Positions 1 to 9,012 of a stretch of 63,822 bases of DNA are shown one piece after another. The stretch comes from Clostridiales bacterium. Its GTDB lineage: Bacteria > Bacillota > Clostridia > Oscillospirales > CAG-272. Where the stretch lies: the NCBI GenBank assembly GCA_012522015.1, contig JAAYLD010000066.1, positions 1 through 63,822 on the forward strand, written 5' to 3'. The first letter of the stretch is position 1. Each line of letters begins with the position of its first letter. The position numbers were made by a program, and so were the translations under genes. The notes under the pieces were generated by a model that saw only the letters and a program-made list of their open reading frames with translations, was not told where the DNA came from and did no database searches.

Positions 1-64
1 GAATAATATTGTGCTTCACATAATCCCCTTCTTCAGTAATAGATATGTATTAAAGAATAAAATA

Positions 65-103
65 AAGCAAAAAAGTCAAGCGCCGCTTGACTTTTTTGCT
101 TTT
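65..103. terminator. Bidirectional intrinsic terminator-like palindrome
   Basis: 19-bp perfect inverted repeat AAAGCAAAAAAGTCAAGCG-C-CGCTTGACTTTTTTGCTTT with A and T tracts on the two arms. Confidence 0.7.
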
Positions 104-365
104 TATAGATAGATAACAAAACATACCCGGTGCGTTTGACCACAGTGACATAAACATCAAAAAGTGCATCAGTTTCATTGTTTTCCCATGTCTTTGCAGC
201 TTTCCTTATTTGCCTTGTGAGAAATTATTAAGGAAACCGGCATCAACAATATTAGAGATATATATTTTGTCATAACAACCCTCCTAAAAAATCAGCTGTA
301 TTCAAGTTCATTAATATCATAGCAATTGAACCTGTCATACAGCTGAAATGAATTTAAAATTTACC

Positions 366-920
366 TTAAATCACAGGAATCGCAATCCGGAAGGTGCTGC
401 CCTTGTCCTTACCGGGAAGCAAAGTCAAATCTCCTCCGTGAGCTTCTGCTATCCTTTTCGCTATGGAAAGCCCAAGGCCGCTGCCACCGGTTTTAGAGTT
501 GCGGGAATCATCTGCTCTGACAAAAGGCTTGAACATGCTTTTTACAAGATGTCCCGGTATGCCGACGCCGTCATCGCTAAAATCAATCAACACATAATTA
601 TTTTGCACCAGAAGACTTACCGTTACCAGCGTTCCTTCAGGATTGTACCGCATCGCATTGTTTGCGAGGTTTTGAATAATACGGTTAAACCGGTCGGTAT
701 CAAGCAGTACAAAAACACTATCTTAAGGAATGTTGAACTCATATTTAAAGCCTTCGCGTTCCAACTGCGGCACAAGATCGCCACGGATTTGCCGGATATA
801 CTCGCAGATATCTGTTTTTTGCAGCTTTAGTGAAAACTCAGGGCTGTCTAATTGTGAAAGCTCAAACAACTCGGTAAGAAGCCGGTTGGCTCTTTTGCTG
901 TTATTGAGAATGAATATAAA
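366..920 (-). pseudogene. Truncated sensor histidine kinase remnant with internal stop
   Basis: HATPase_c motifs (NLANNAMRY, DDGVGIP, GGSGLGLSI). The same frame continues upstream as ILNNSKRANRLLTELFELSQLD...FNIP*DSVFV with an in-frame TAA at 723-725. The H-box and N-terminus are missing; the 5' limit is approximate. Confidence 0.85.
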
Positions 921-956
921 TCAATACTCAACAGATAAACGAAATTGGACAGTAAA

Positions 957-1421
957 TTACAGTCTTGATTTAGCATAGTTATACGGAATACTTGTTCCTA
1001 CAAGTACATCCTCAATTTTTTCAATTATTAGCCAATCATCCATATTGGATTGTTTTTCAAATTGCAGGGGTGGTTCAATGTTCTCAACACCGATAAACTC
1101 TACAAGGCAAATGCACTTCTTGTGCATCACTCCTACTGCTTTTGCGTAAGTGCCAGTTTACTCTCATATTCAGAGAACACCTTGTTTATTTCTTCTTCCG
1201 ATAGTTTTACATAATTTTGCACTGAGGTGACGGTTGCTTTGGCGGATATCTCCATTGGTCCTTTTTCCATGAAATAGAGAGTTTCTCCTTCAAATACACG
1301 GCTGTGAGGAATCTTTCGACCGGACGCACTTCGGATTATCATTTTTTTTCGCCTGATAAAATCTTATCAAGAACCCGCTCTCCTTTTTGCCTGTGTTGTC
1401 GCAGCAAACTACGTGAACCAT
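957..1421 (-). pseudogene. Frameshifted conserved hypothetical protein (ASCH/PUA-like by recall)
   Basis: RBS GGAG and ATG at 1421. Reads MVHVVCCDNTGK/KGERVLDKILSGEK/MIIRSASGRKIPHSRV...QKQ*/HKKCICLVEF...IPYNYAKSRL*. It needs +1 nt at two A-runs (about 1385 and 1345) and has a stop plus frameshift near 1130. Confidence 0.7.
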
Positions 1422-1855
1422 AATTCTAACTCCATATTTTAATTTTTTGAACTGTATTTTTTCTGTTGCAATGCTTACTTAAACAGATGTTCAAACTATT
1501 ATACTACAATAATTAGCTTTCCTAAATACTTTCACCTTAAAACATTAACACAACCCACCCCAAACAGCTTAAGTTGATGGAATTGTGTCAGTGGGCTTTT
1601 CAGTGATTTTTAAAAATCGCTGTTCTTCAAGGGAACTATCAACAAAAAAATACGCCAACCACTAAATGTGTGATTGGCGTTAGAAAAAAGGTATTACATC
1701 GCAAAATGCAATACCTTTTTGTAGTTTAATTATAAATATTTCACCCGAGATAGGCCCGCTTGACTTTTTTCAGCACTGTTTTGAACGGATTATGTGTCAG
1801 TCGGGGCTAATAGCATTTTTTAAACATTGATTTACACGGGTATATTGACAGTATT

Positions 1856-2374
1856 TTAGCGACGTCCGCTTCTGGTGCCACCGCCGGAGCTACCAGAACC
1901 ACCAACTTGACGGCCAGGGCCACCACCAGGGCCACCGGAACCGCCACCGGGACGGCCGGGACCACCGCCGGGGCCGCCGGGACCACCACCGGGACGGCCG
2001 GGACCACCGCCGGGACCACCACCGGGGCCGCCACCGGGACGGCCGGGACCACTACCGGAACGGCGGATTGGGAACAGTGGGAATCTGATAAACGGCAGAC
2101 CGGATCTGCGTCTTGGCGGCGGAGGTGTGAACCTTGGGCGAAATCCCCTAAATGGCGGTCTGAACAGAAGTCTGGGTATAAAGCGTATGCCAATCTCATC
2201 AATTGGAACTGCGTAAAAGCCAAGAGAATTCATATATGGAATGTCGATGAAGAATATCTCCTCATCCGATACCTGCTGCGCCTGAAAAGGGTTATACGTA
2301 ACGGTCATTGTATTGAAATCACGGATGTAATCCGGATAACCAAAACCAGTGTTACGTCTGAAGATATAATACAT
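1856..2374 (-). CDS. Gly/Pro/Arg-rich low-complexity protein, possibly spore-surface associated
   Basis: Strong RBS AAAAGGAG before the ATG. Aromatic N-terminal domain, Pro/Arg/Phe-rich middle, and a GGGP/GRPG repeat tail. Confidence 0.75.
   Translation of the reverse strand: MYYIFRRNTGFGYPDYIRDFNTMTVTYNPFQAQQVSDEEIFFIDIPYMNSLGFYAVPIDEIGIRFIPRLLFRPPFRGFRPRFTPPPPRRRSGLPFIRFPLFPIRRSGSGPGRPGGGPGGGPGGGPGRPGGGPGGPGGGPGRPGGGSGGPGGGPGRQVGGSGSSGGGTRSGRR
1890..2070. repeat. GC-rich imperfect coding tandem repeat (GGGP/GPGRP units)
   Basis: GACGGCCGGGACCAC recurs at about 1951, 1993 and 2038, with CCGGGACCACC-like subunits between them. Confidence 0.85.
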
Positions 2375-2698
2375 TTGATAATACTCCTTTTATAATTGTG
2401 TAAAATAAAGGATATGACGTTTTTACGTTTATTTCAATATGGTCATAAAGAAAGGGAAAAGGCATTAAGGCGATTAAGATTTACTGTTTTATTTATGCTG
2501 TCATATCAATACATGCAGCGCCTGCTTACATGTATGTAAGATATTTAGTATGCTTCACTTGATTTTAAGCTTCTTCACTGGTACAATTATTTTTGTTATG
2601 TTAATAAAACTGTACAGCATTCTATATTCGTGGATTTGTTTTTTGTGTTCATCAAAAACCTGGGTCATAAAGACCGCCGCGCAGAGGAGGCAAGGCTT

Positions 2699-4462
2699 AT
2701 GAGGTTTATAGGCAGGGGAGCAGTAGTCGCTGCTGCAACGGTTGCCACCGCAGCGGTAGTATTAATGATAGCTCTAACGGGCTGTTCTTCCGGCAATAAA
2801 GTTGAGCAAAACAACTGGGAGAATTACGATGAACTTATAGATTCCATTATGGTATCCGGTGACGCCGCTGAACGCGAAGCTCTTCTTCATGAGGCTGAAG
2901 ACATGCTCATGGAGACAGGATGTGTTGTTCCGGTGCACACTAAAAACAGTGATTTCACATCTGTACCGGGTCTTACAGGAGTTTACGAATCATGCAGCGG
3001 AGCGAAATATTTTGCAGGCGCATCACTTGGCGACTCCTCAAAAATTTCCGTCGGATTAACAGGGGAGGCAAGAGAAATCGACCCTGCGATGGCATATGAC
3101 CCCATTGAGACGACAGTTGCCGTCAACATATCAGCCGGACTTTTTAAGTTTGGAGCCGACGGGCTGCCGACCCCTGATCTTGCTGCCGGTTATGTGGTGT
3201 CGGAGGATGGGCTGAGTTACACCTTCACGCTGCGCGAGGGGCTTTTGTGGTCGAATGGCACCGTAATTGATGCCGAAGATGTTAAATATTCGTGGGAGCG
3301 GGCAGCACAAGAATCAACTGGCTGTAAATATGCTTATCTTTTTGATGTAATTGCACGTGATGACAACGGCAAGATGATGATTACATCAACAGACTCAAGC
3401 TTACGCACGTTTATCGTGCAGCTAAAGCGTCCGTGCCCATATTTTATTGATTTATGCGCCACCCCAGCGTTTGCTCTTGTAAATGAATACTGCGTCAAAA
3501 GAGCGAAGGGTTATTCAGATATTTACGGAAACGTGCTTGATGCGGGCGCGTGGACGAGAGATGCAGACCCTGTCGTTTCAGGGCCGTATAAGTTTTCGTC
3601 TTGGACTTCGGGCAACTCAATTACGCTTGTAAAAAACGAAAAATACTACGATGCCGAAAATGTCCGAATTAGCGAAATAAAGATTTATTTCGGAAACAGG
3701 GAAGAAAATACAGCCGCTTTTGCGGCAGGGGGGCTTTCGCTTGTTGATTTTGTACCGACATTTGATGAAGAAACACAAAGCAGCAGCGGGCACCCTCAGA
3801 TGACAGTTAATGATGGCAAGATTCTTTCATCACATTATCTGTGCTTTAATTTTCACAGCAAAATATTTAGAGGAATGACAGCTGCTCAGGCTGCAAATCT
3901 GCGCCGCGCGCTTTCGCTTCTTATTGACCGCAATCAAGTTATAGAAACGGTTGGAGAAGGTGCTGTTGCATCGACGTCTATCATACCTAAGGATACGCCG
4001 GATGGCGTTGGTGGATTGTATGGTGTAAGCGATGCTCTTTATGCATATGCTGATGAGAAAGCGCCCGGATACTTTTCTAATAACACAGAAGAAAATTTAG
4101 CCGAGGCGAGGCGCATTCTTGCAGAAATTGGACTTGACGCTGATGGCGACGGAATTATAGATAACGCACGCCGCTTTGATATCAAATACCTAACGCTAAA
4201 CACTCCAAGCGAGATAAAATTGGCACAATGCGTTCAGCAAAATCTTGCAAAGGTCGGAATTATAGTAAAGCTTCGTGCTGTGAGGGAAGAAGGTTACCTT
4301 TACGAGCGGATGATATACAGCTATGATATTGTCGCGACGGAGTTTACGGCTGCCTATCCGTCAGCTACCAGCTTTCTTGAGCTTTGGTACACTGGCGGTG
4401 CACATAACTGGGCGCAGCTTGGTGCTGAAGCCGTAAAGGAAGAGAATAAAAACGCATATTAA
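2699..4462 (+). CDS. Family 5 ABC solute-binding lipoprotein (OppA-like), apparently circularly permuted
   Basis: RBS GAGGAGG 8 nt before ATG 2699, lipobox ALTGC, and SBP_bac_5 motifs (EIDPA, YTFTLREGLLWSNG, SGPYKF, LRRALSLLIDR). Confidence 0.9.
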   Translation: MRFIGRGAVVAAATVATAAVVLMIALTGCSSGNKVEQNNWENYDELIDSIMVSGDAAEREALLHEAEDMLMETGCVVPVHTKNSDFTSVPGLTGVYESCSGAKYFAGASLGDSSKISVGLTGEAREIDPAMAYDPIETTVAVNISAGLFKFGADGLPTPDLAAGYVVSEDGLSYTFTLREGLLWSNGTVIDAEDVKYSWERAAQESTGCKYAYLFDVIARDDNGKMMITSTDSSLRTFIVQLKRPCPYFIDLCATPAFALVNEYCVKRAKGYSDIYGNVLDAGAWTRDADPVVSGPYKFSSWTSGNSITLVKNEKYYDAENVRISEIKIYFGNREENTAAFAAGGLSLVDFVPTFDEETQSSSGHPQMTVNDGKILSSHYLCFNFHSKIFRGMTAAQAANLRRALSLLIDRNQVIETVGEGAVASTSIIPKDTPDGVGGLYGVSDALYAYADEKAPGYFSNNTEENLAEARRILAEIGLDADGDGIIDNARRFDIKYLTLNTPSEIKLAQCVQQNLAKVGIIVKLRAVREEGYLYERMIYSYDIVATEFTAAYPSATSFLELWYTGGAHNWAQLGAEAVKEENKNAY

Positions 4463-4626
4463 AAGAGTGAATACTGTTGTCAGCGGGGTAGTTTACTATA
4501 CAATTCATAATATGAAAGTAAAACGCCGCGCGTTAAAAGTATATATCGGCACTGGCAAAACACAACCTGCCGCTGACATTTTCACCGTTTTGTAAGTCAT
4601 AAGTCCCGCGTTTTAACTATATAAAT

Positions 4627-4668
4627 AAAAAAGAGACAAGTCTAAATTTTTACGACTTGTCTTTTTTT
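4627..4668 (+). terminator. Intrinsic terminator downstream of the oppA-like gene
   Basis: AAAAAAGAGACAAGTC...GACTTGTCTTTTTTT hairpin with T tract. Confidence 0.75.
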
Positions 4669-4765
4669 ATATAAGCAATGTAATGAAGATGTAATTTCAA
4701 AATTGGGTAATTGATACTACAAGAGGAAAACAAAATAGTTCTGTTGCCTGTTTTCTAAGACTTTA

Positions 4766-5247
4766 CTATGTATTATTCTTATCACTTTTTGTAGGTATCG
4801 TGAATTCGGCTACAAGTTTAAATGATTTATGCTTATCAACTGAAAATTCTTTCACAATTAGATAGGTTCCTTTTTTAAGATTGCCGCATAACCACTCCAA
4901 ATTAATTTCAAGTGTGTATTCTGATTCTTTAGGTACTATGGTTTCTATACAAACCGTGACAACATTCCTAAATATAGCGCTTGGTTTATATATAACTCGA
5001 TATCATTGTCCTAAGATTTTCTTTTCAAGAATATAGTCTTCACCAAATGTTAGTTCTTTGTCGGTATCATTTTTTATAATCAAAGTAATTCCTGTTTTAG
5101 ATATTCTATTTTCATCTACTGTTATTGTTACGCCATCGTAGTTTTCTTCCGTAAATTCGCTTTTCAATAAAATATTCAATCCAATAAGGATTGCAACACA
5201 AATAATTATCATAATTCCAAATATGATATATAAAGCTGTTTTTTCAT
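4766..5247 (-). pseudogene. Membrane-anchored bacterial Ig-like domain protein, disrupted
   Basis: RBS AAGGAG and ATG at 5247. One A is missing in the A-run after the start. In-frame TGA at 5003-5005 where Trp fits (GQ*Y), and the frame continues as WLCGNLKKGTYLIVKEF to TAG at 4766. Confidence 0.7.
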
Positions 5248-5547
5248 AGTTTTCTCCTTATTGTTTTACTGCGTTGTATTTTACCAATGTGTGATGACGC
5301 CATACTAACTGCTACCACTATATACTTCTTTCGTTACATTTTACATGTATAAGTTTAAAAGCTCTATAATCGGTTAACTTTTTCATAGATTTTATCATCA
5401 AGCCTGATAAACAACAGATGGTTTGGATTATTCTCAACGGGGCTTTGTTTTCTTCAATAGAAAAGACGAGACTTTCTTTATTTATGCACGTAATTTCAAT
5501 ATGTATTTCATATACATATATATGAATTCAACAGTTGGGGGGCGCAT

Positions 5548-5772
5548 ATGACGCTTTACGACGCGCCTGTTGGCGGATGCTACAGAGTCGTTGCAATATA
5601 CTCAAAACCATCACTGAAGCTGCGATTGTCCGCCCTCGGGCTCACCAAGGGCGCACAGGTAACGGTGCTTTCGCGTGGAAGGAGTGCTGTTGTGTTTCGT
5701 GTAAGGGGAGCGCGTTACGCGGCAGCAAAGGGGGCGGCATCATGCGTAATCCTTTCGCAGACGAGGAGATAA
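5548..5772 (+). CDS. feoA: Ferrous iron transport protein A
   Basis: 74 aa SH3-like FeoA pattern (RLSALGLTKGAQVTV...VRGARYA), directly upstream of feoB. Confidence 0.85.
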   Translation: MTLYDAPVGGCYRVVAIYSKPSLKLRLSALGLTKGAQVTVLSRGRSAVVFRVRGARYAAAKGAASCVILSQTRR

Positions 5773-5782
5773 TGTAATTTTT

Positions 5783-7822
5783 ATGACAGCAAAAGATATA
5801 GTAGCAAAATCGGGAGTTGCAGTTACAGCAGCAAAAATAAAACAGCATACGCTGGTGTCAGATACAAGAGGTGGCACGAAGAAAAATGATAGTAAAGTAA
5901 TAACCATTGCTTTTGCCGGAAACCCGAACAGCGGAAAGACGACGCTTTATAACGATTACACGGGCGCGCACTTCAAAACGGCGAACTGGCCCGGCGTTAC
6001 ATATGAAGTGAAGGAGGCAACAGTTCACTACAAGGGACGCACTCTACGCCTTGTCGATTTGCCGGGGGCATATGCTCTCTACCCGGGCTCGCCTGAGGAA
6101 GTGGAAGCGCTTCGGTTTTTAACAGGCGTTCGTAGTGACGCTGAAAACGCCGGTGAGGGTAGCACTGACTTTTCAGGAGGGGCGATTGGAGCCGATGTTA
6201 TCATAAACGTCACCGATTCCTGTACGCTTGAGAGAAGCCTTTTTTTCACCACACAGCTGATAGGCGCGGGAACACCTGTTGTCGTTGCGCTTAACATGGC
6301 GGATTTGGCAAAAAAAAACGGTATATTTATCAACACGCAGCGATTATCGCGGATGCTTGGCGCCCCGGCTGTTAGTGTTTCCGCTGCCCGCCGCACAGGG
6401 CTTGATGAGCTGCTTGATGCTGCAATTACTGAGGCTGAAAAAGCGCGCATTGATGGAAGCGGTAATCGCAGCAGTACATATAAAAATCAAAAACCTCCGG
6501 TGCCACAGGGTGCATCGGAGGTGATGAGATATGCTTTTATCAGCGACGTTATCAGTGCCTGCGTTACCGAATGCGCGCCGGCAAGAGGCAGCTTGCGCCG
6601 GGCAGCAGCAAGCGACAGAGCAGATGCCGTGCTGACGCACACTGTAGCAGGGCCTATTATATTTCTTGCTATTATGGCAGTCATTTTTTACATCACATTC
6701 AGTGCGGGAAATGCTATCGAGGAGTTTATTGGGAGGCTGCTTGATGCAATATCGGTATATATAGCGGGTGTGTTGTCTGACGCCGGTGCTGCCGACTGGG
6801 TTTTATCGCTTGTTATTGACGGGGTCATAGCCGGCGTTGGCGGCGTTTTGATGTTTTTACCGAATATACTTTTACTTTTTTTGCTTTTGGCGCTGCTTGA
6901 GGACAGCGGTTATATGGCGCGCGCCGCATATCTTGCCGACGGTGTTATGGTGCATCTCGGCCTGACGGGGAAGGCTTTCATCCCTATAATTCTTGGGCTC
7001 GGCTGCTCGGTGCCTGCTATCATGGCTACACGAATCCTTGATGGCAAACAACAGCGGCTCCGCACAATTTTAATGATACCGTTTGTGGCGTGCGGCTCGC
7101 GCCTTCCTGTATTTATTTTAATATCCGCTTTGTTTTTCGGGCGGTATGCGTGGCTTGTGACATTCGGGGCGTTTTGCTCAGGCATTTTAGCGGCTGTTAT
7201 CGTTGCTTTTATAGGATCACGGCTTGATGATGAAAAAAGCCGCCCGGGCCCGATGATAATTGAGCTGCCAGATTATAAGCTCCCGTCAGCAAGAACAGTT
7301 TTTATCAGTGTATATGAGAAGTTACGTGAGTACCTCGTGCGTGCGGGGACTGTTATTTTCCTATCGGCGGCGGGGCTATGGATATTTTTACATATTGGCG
7401 CCGAAGGCTATTCACCAGATATGAGCGGCAGCTTCGGTGCGGCTTTTTGCCGCGCTGCCGAGCCGTTTTTAGCGCCAGCCGGGCTTGGTTCTTGGCAGAT
7501 AGCGGCGGCGCTGATAGCAGGGATTGCGGCGAAAGAAGCCGTTGTTTCTGCGATGTGCGTCATATATGGTGTCAGCGGGCTTCATACTATCTCCGGTATG
7601 TACGCACTGCGCGAAGCTATGACGGCAACGGGGTTTGGAGCGGCAAATGCGCTTGCTTTTCTTGCGTTTACAGCGCTGTACGTTCCGTGCATTGCTTCTC
7701 TTGCCGTTATTAAAAGTGAAACCGGAGGATGGCGGCGCGTTATGTTCGCTATATTTGTTCATTTTATCACTGCATATACGGTGTCTTCGCTTGTTTATAC
7801 GATTGCTTTAATTTTTATGTGA
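5783..7822 (+). CDS. feoB: Ferrous iron transporter B
   Basis: G1 GNPNSGKT, G2 NWPGVT, G3 DLPG, G4 NMAD, then the polytopic membrane domain with EDSGYMARAA and GCSVPA motifs. Confidence 0.97.
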   Translation: MTAKDIVAKSGVAVTAAKIKQHTLVSDTRGGTKKNDSKVITIAFAGNPNSGKTTLYNDYTGAHFKTANWPGVTYEVKEATVHYKGRTLRLVDLPGAYALYPGSPEEVEALRFLTGVRSDAENAGEGSTDFSGGAIGADVIINVTDSCTLERSLFFTTQLIGAGTPVVVALNMADLAKKNGIFINTQRLSRMLGAPAVSVSAARRTGLDELLDAAITEAEKARIDGSGNRSSTYKNQKPPVPQGASEVMRYAFISDVISACVTECAPARGSLRRAAASDRADAVLTHTVAGPIIFLAIMAVIFYITFSAGNAIEEFIGRLLDAISVYIAGVLSDAGAADWVLSLVIDGVIAGVGGVLMFLPNILLLFLLLALLEDSGYMARAAYLADGVMVHLGLTGKAFIPIILGLGCSVPAIMATRILDGKQQRLRTILMIPFVACGSRLPVFILISALFFGRYAWLVTFGAFCSGILAAVIVAFIGSRLDDEKSRPGPMIIELPDYKLPSARTVFISVYEKLREYLVRAGTVIFLSAAGLWIFLHIGAEGYSPDMSGSFGAAFCRAAEPFLAPAGLGSWQIAAALIAGIAAKEAVVSAMCVIYGVSGLHTISGMYALREAMTATGFGAANALAFLAFTALYVPCIASLAVIKSETGGWRRVMFAIFVHFITAYTVSSLVYTIALIFM

Positions 7823-8021
7823 TTTTTTGTTCGTGAGCATCTCGCTGCTGTTTAAATTTGCGCTTTCGCATATAAAATCATAATTATCATGAGAAAAATG
7901 TGCGATGGTGCATTTCTGTGCTTTATCAGTCAGGTTAAAGCGGTGAAGCGTCTGCGTTGGATTATACTATATGACTAAAAACATTTTATATCAGATAAAA
8001 TATTATCATGATGACTTATGA

Positions 8022-8050
8022 TTGACACGCGTTATGGCTCGTGGTATAAT
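8022..8050 (+). promoter_or_regulatory. Sigma-A promoter for tRNA-Gln
   Basis: TTGACA-17 nt-TATAAT with TGn extended -10. Confidence 0.8.
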
Positions 8051-8164
8051 CATTTCCGTTGACGATAAATATACACCTAATTCGCGGTGTATATATGTAT
8101 CAGTATGCTTTTTTTGGGGAGCTTGACGGCATAGACACCTATAATTAAGCATACAAAAACTCAA

Positions 8165-8236
8165 TGGGATATAGTGTAAGGGGTAACACACCAGACTTTG
8201 ACTCTGATATTACAGGTTCGAATCCTGTTATCCCAG
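8165..8236 (+). tRNA. tRNA-Gln (anticodon UUG)
   Basis: Cloverleaf: acceptor TGGGATA/TATCCCA, D stem GTGT/ACAC, anticodon loop CT-TTG-AC, T arm ACAGG-TTCGAAT-CCTGT. CCA is not encoded. Confidence 0.95.
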
Positions 8237-8241
8237 CTTAC

Positions 8242-8284
8242 AAAACCCGACTGTAGTGCAATAGCGCTGCAGCCGGGTTTTTTC
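8242..8284 (+). terminator. Terminator after tRNA-Gln
   Basis: AAAACCCGACTGTAG...CTGCAGCCGGGTTTTTT hairpin plus T tract. Confidence 0.7.
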
Positions 8285-8378
8285 ATAAGAGGGTTGGCTT
8301 GAATTAATATATTGAAAGTGCTGATATTATGTGATAATGTATATTTACTACATACCATGACAGCATAAGGGGGCACAG

Positions 8379-8876
8379 ATGAACGTTATAGACTGTATCA
8401 TGACAAGGCGAAGCGTCAGGGGTTATACTGACAGACCGCTTGATGAAGATACGATAAAGACACTGCTGCAAGCAGCGATTAGCGCACCTTCGGGGAGAAA
8501 CGGACAGCCGTGGAAGTTTAAAGTTATTACTGACAAAGAGCTGATAAACAAAATTTCAGATTTATCAAGACACGGTACGTGGATGAGAACGGCTCCGTGT
8601 TTAGTTGCTGTTTATCTTGATAAAAGCCGCTCGTATGACCGTCTAAAGGACGCTCAGTCTTGTGGCGCGGCTATTCAGAATATAATGCTTGCCGCACATT
8701 CGCTTGGCATCGGAAGCTGCTGGATAGGCGAGATTTTACCGAAGGATGATGAGATAAAGGCTATGCTGAATATAAAAAACAGCGATTTGGAGCTGATGGC
8801 AATAATTTCACTCGGATACGGTGCGGGGCAACCGTCAAGCTATATAAGGAACAGTTTTGAATCGTTTTTGATATAA
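8379..8876 (+). CDS. Nitroreductase family protein
   Basis: RRSVRGY, APSGRNGQPWKF and NIMLAAHSLGIGSCWIG motifs. Confidence 0.93.
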   Translation: MNVIDCIMTRRSVRGYTDRPLDEDTIKTLLQAAISAPSGRNGQPWKFKVITDKELINKISDLSRHGTWMRTAPCLVAVYLDKSRSYDRLKDAQSCGAAIQNIMLAAHSLGIGSCWIGEILPKDDEIKAMLNIKNSDLELMAIISLGYGAGQPSSYIRNSFESFLI

Positions 8877-8953
8877 ACATACCGTAAGATAAAAAAGTTT
8901 ATTGGCTGTCTTAATGTATGTTGCTCGGTTGTGAAACAGCATAGTGCATGCAA

Positions 8954-8990
8954 AAGCCACACAAAAGGGGATAACCCTTTTGTGTGGCTT
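8954..8990. terminator. Terminator hairpin between convergent genes
   Basis: 16-bp stem AAGCCACACAAAAGGG-GATAA-CCCTTTTGTGTGGCTT. Confidence 0.75.
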
Positions 8991-9012
8991 GAATTTTTAT
9001 TGTTTTTGAGAT

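Noticed and set aside
175-273. Small minus-strand ORF with a GGAGG RBS (MTKYISLILLMP...)
   Set aside because: It stops after 32 codons; a shifted frame runs on through the terminator and no family is recognisable, so the evidence is too weak to call.
1890-2070. Possible CRISPR array
   Set aside because: The units are short, variable, codon-phased and have no unique spacers; no cas genes in the window.
1807-2395. Alternative-frame ORFs over the Gly/Pro repeat (1807..2223 minus, 1907..2395 plus)
   Set aside because: They are by-products of a stop-free GC-rich repeat; only 1856..2374 has a strong RBS and a non-repetitive domain.
2395-2560. Sporulation sigma (E/G/K) promoter for the Gly/Pro protein
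   Set aside because: CATA-type -10 hexamers are present, but no -35 element lies at the right spacing.
4478-4620. Inverted repeats TGTCAGCGG/CCGCTGACA downstream of the oppA-like gene as an ncRNA or MITE
   Set aside because: Only 9-bp arms, with no promoter, target duplication or second copy in the window.
5003-5005. In-frame TGA as selenocysteine or a recoded genetic code
   Set aside because: Trp fits the position, no SECIS-like hairpin is evident, the gene has a separate frameshift, and TGA ends many intact genes (feoB, murF, lepB, apgM).
5480-5547. Fur/DtxR box upstream of feoAB
   Set aside because: AT-rich, but no convincing 19-bp consensus palindrome.
8165-8880. tRNA-Gln as an integration site for an island
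   Set aside because: No duplicated tRNA 3' end, integrase or mobility gene seen.
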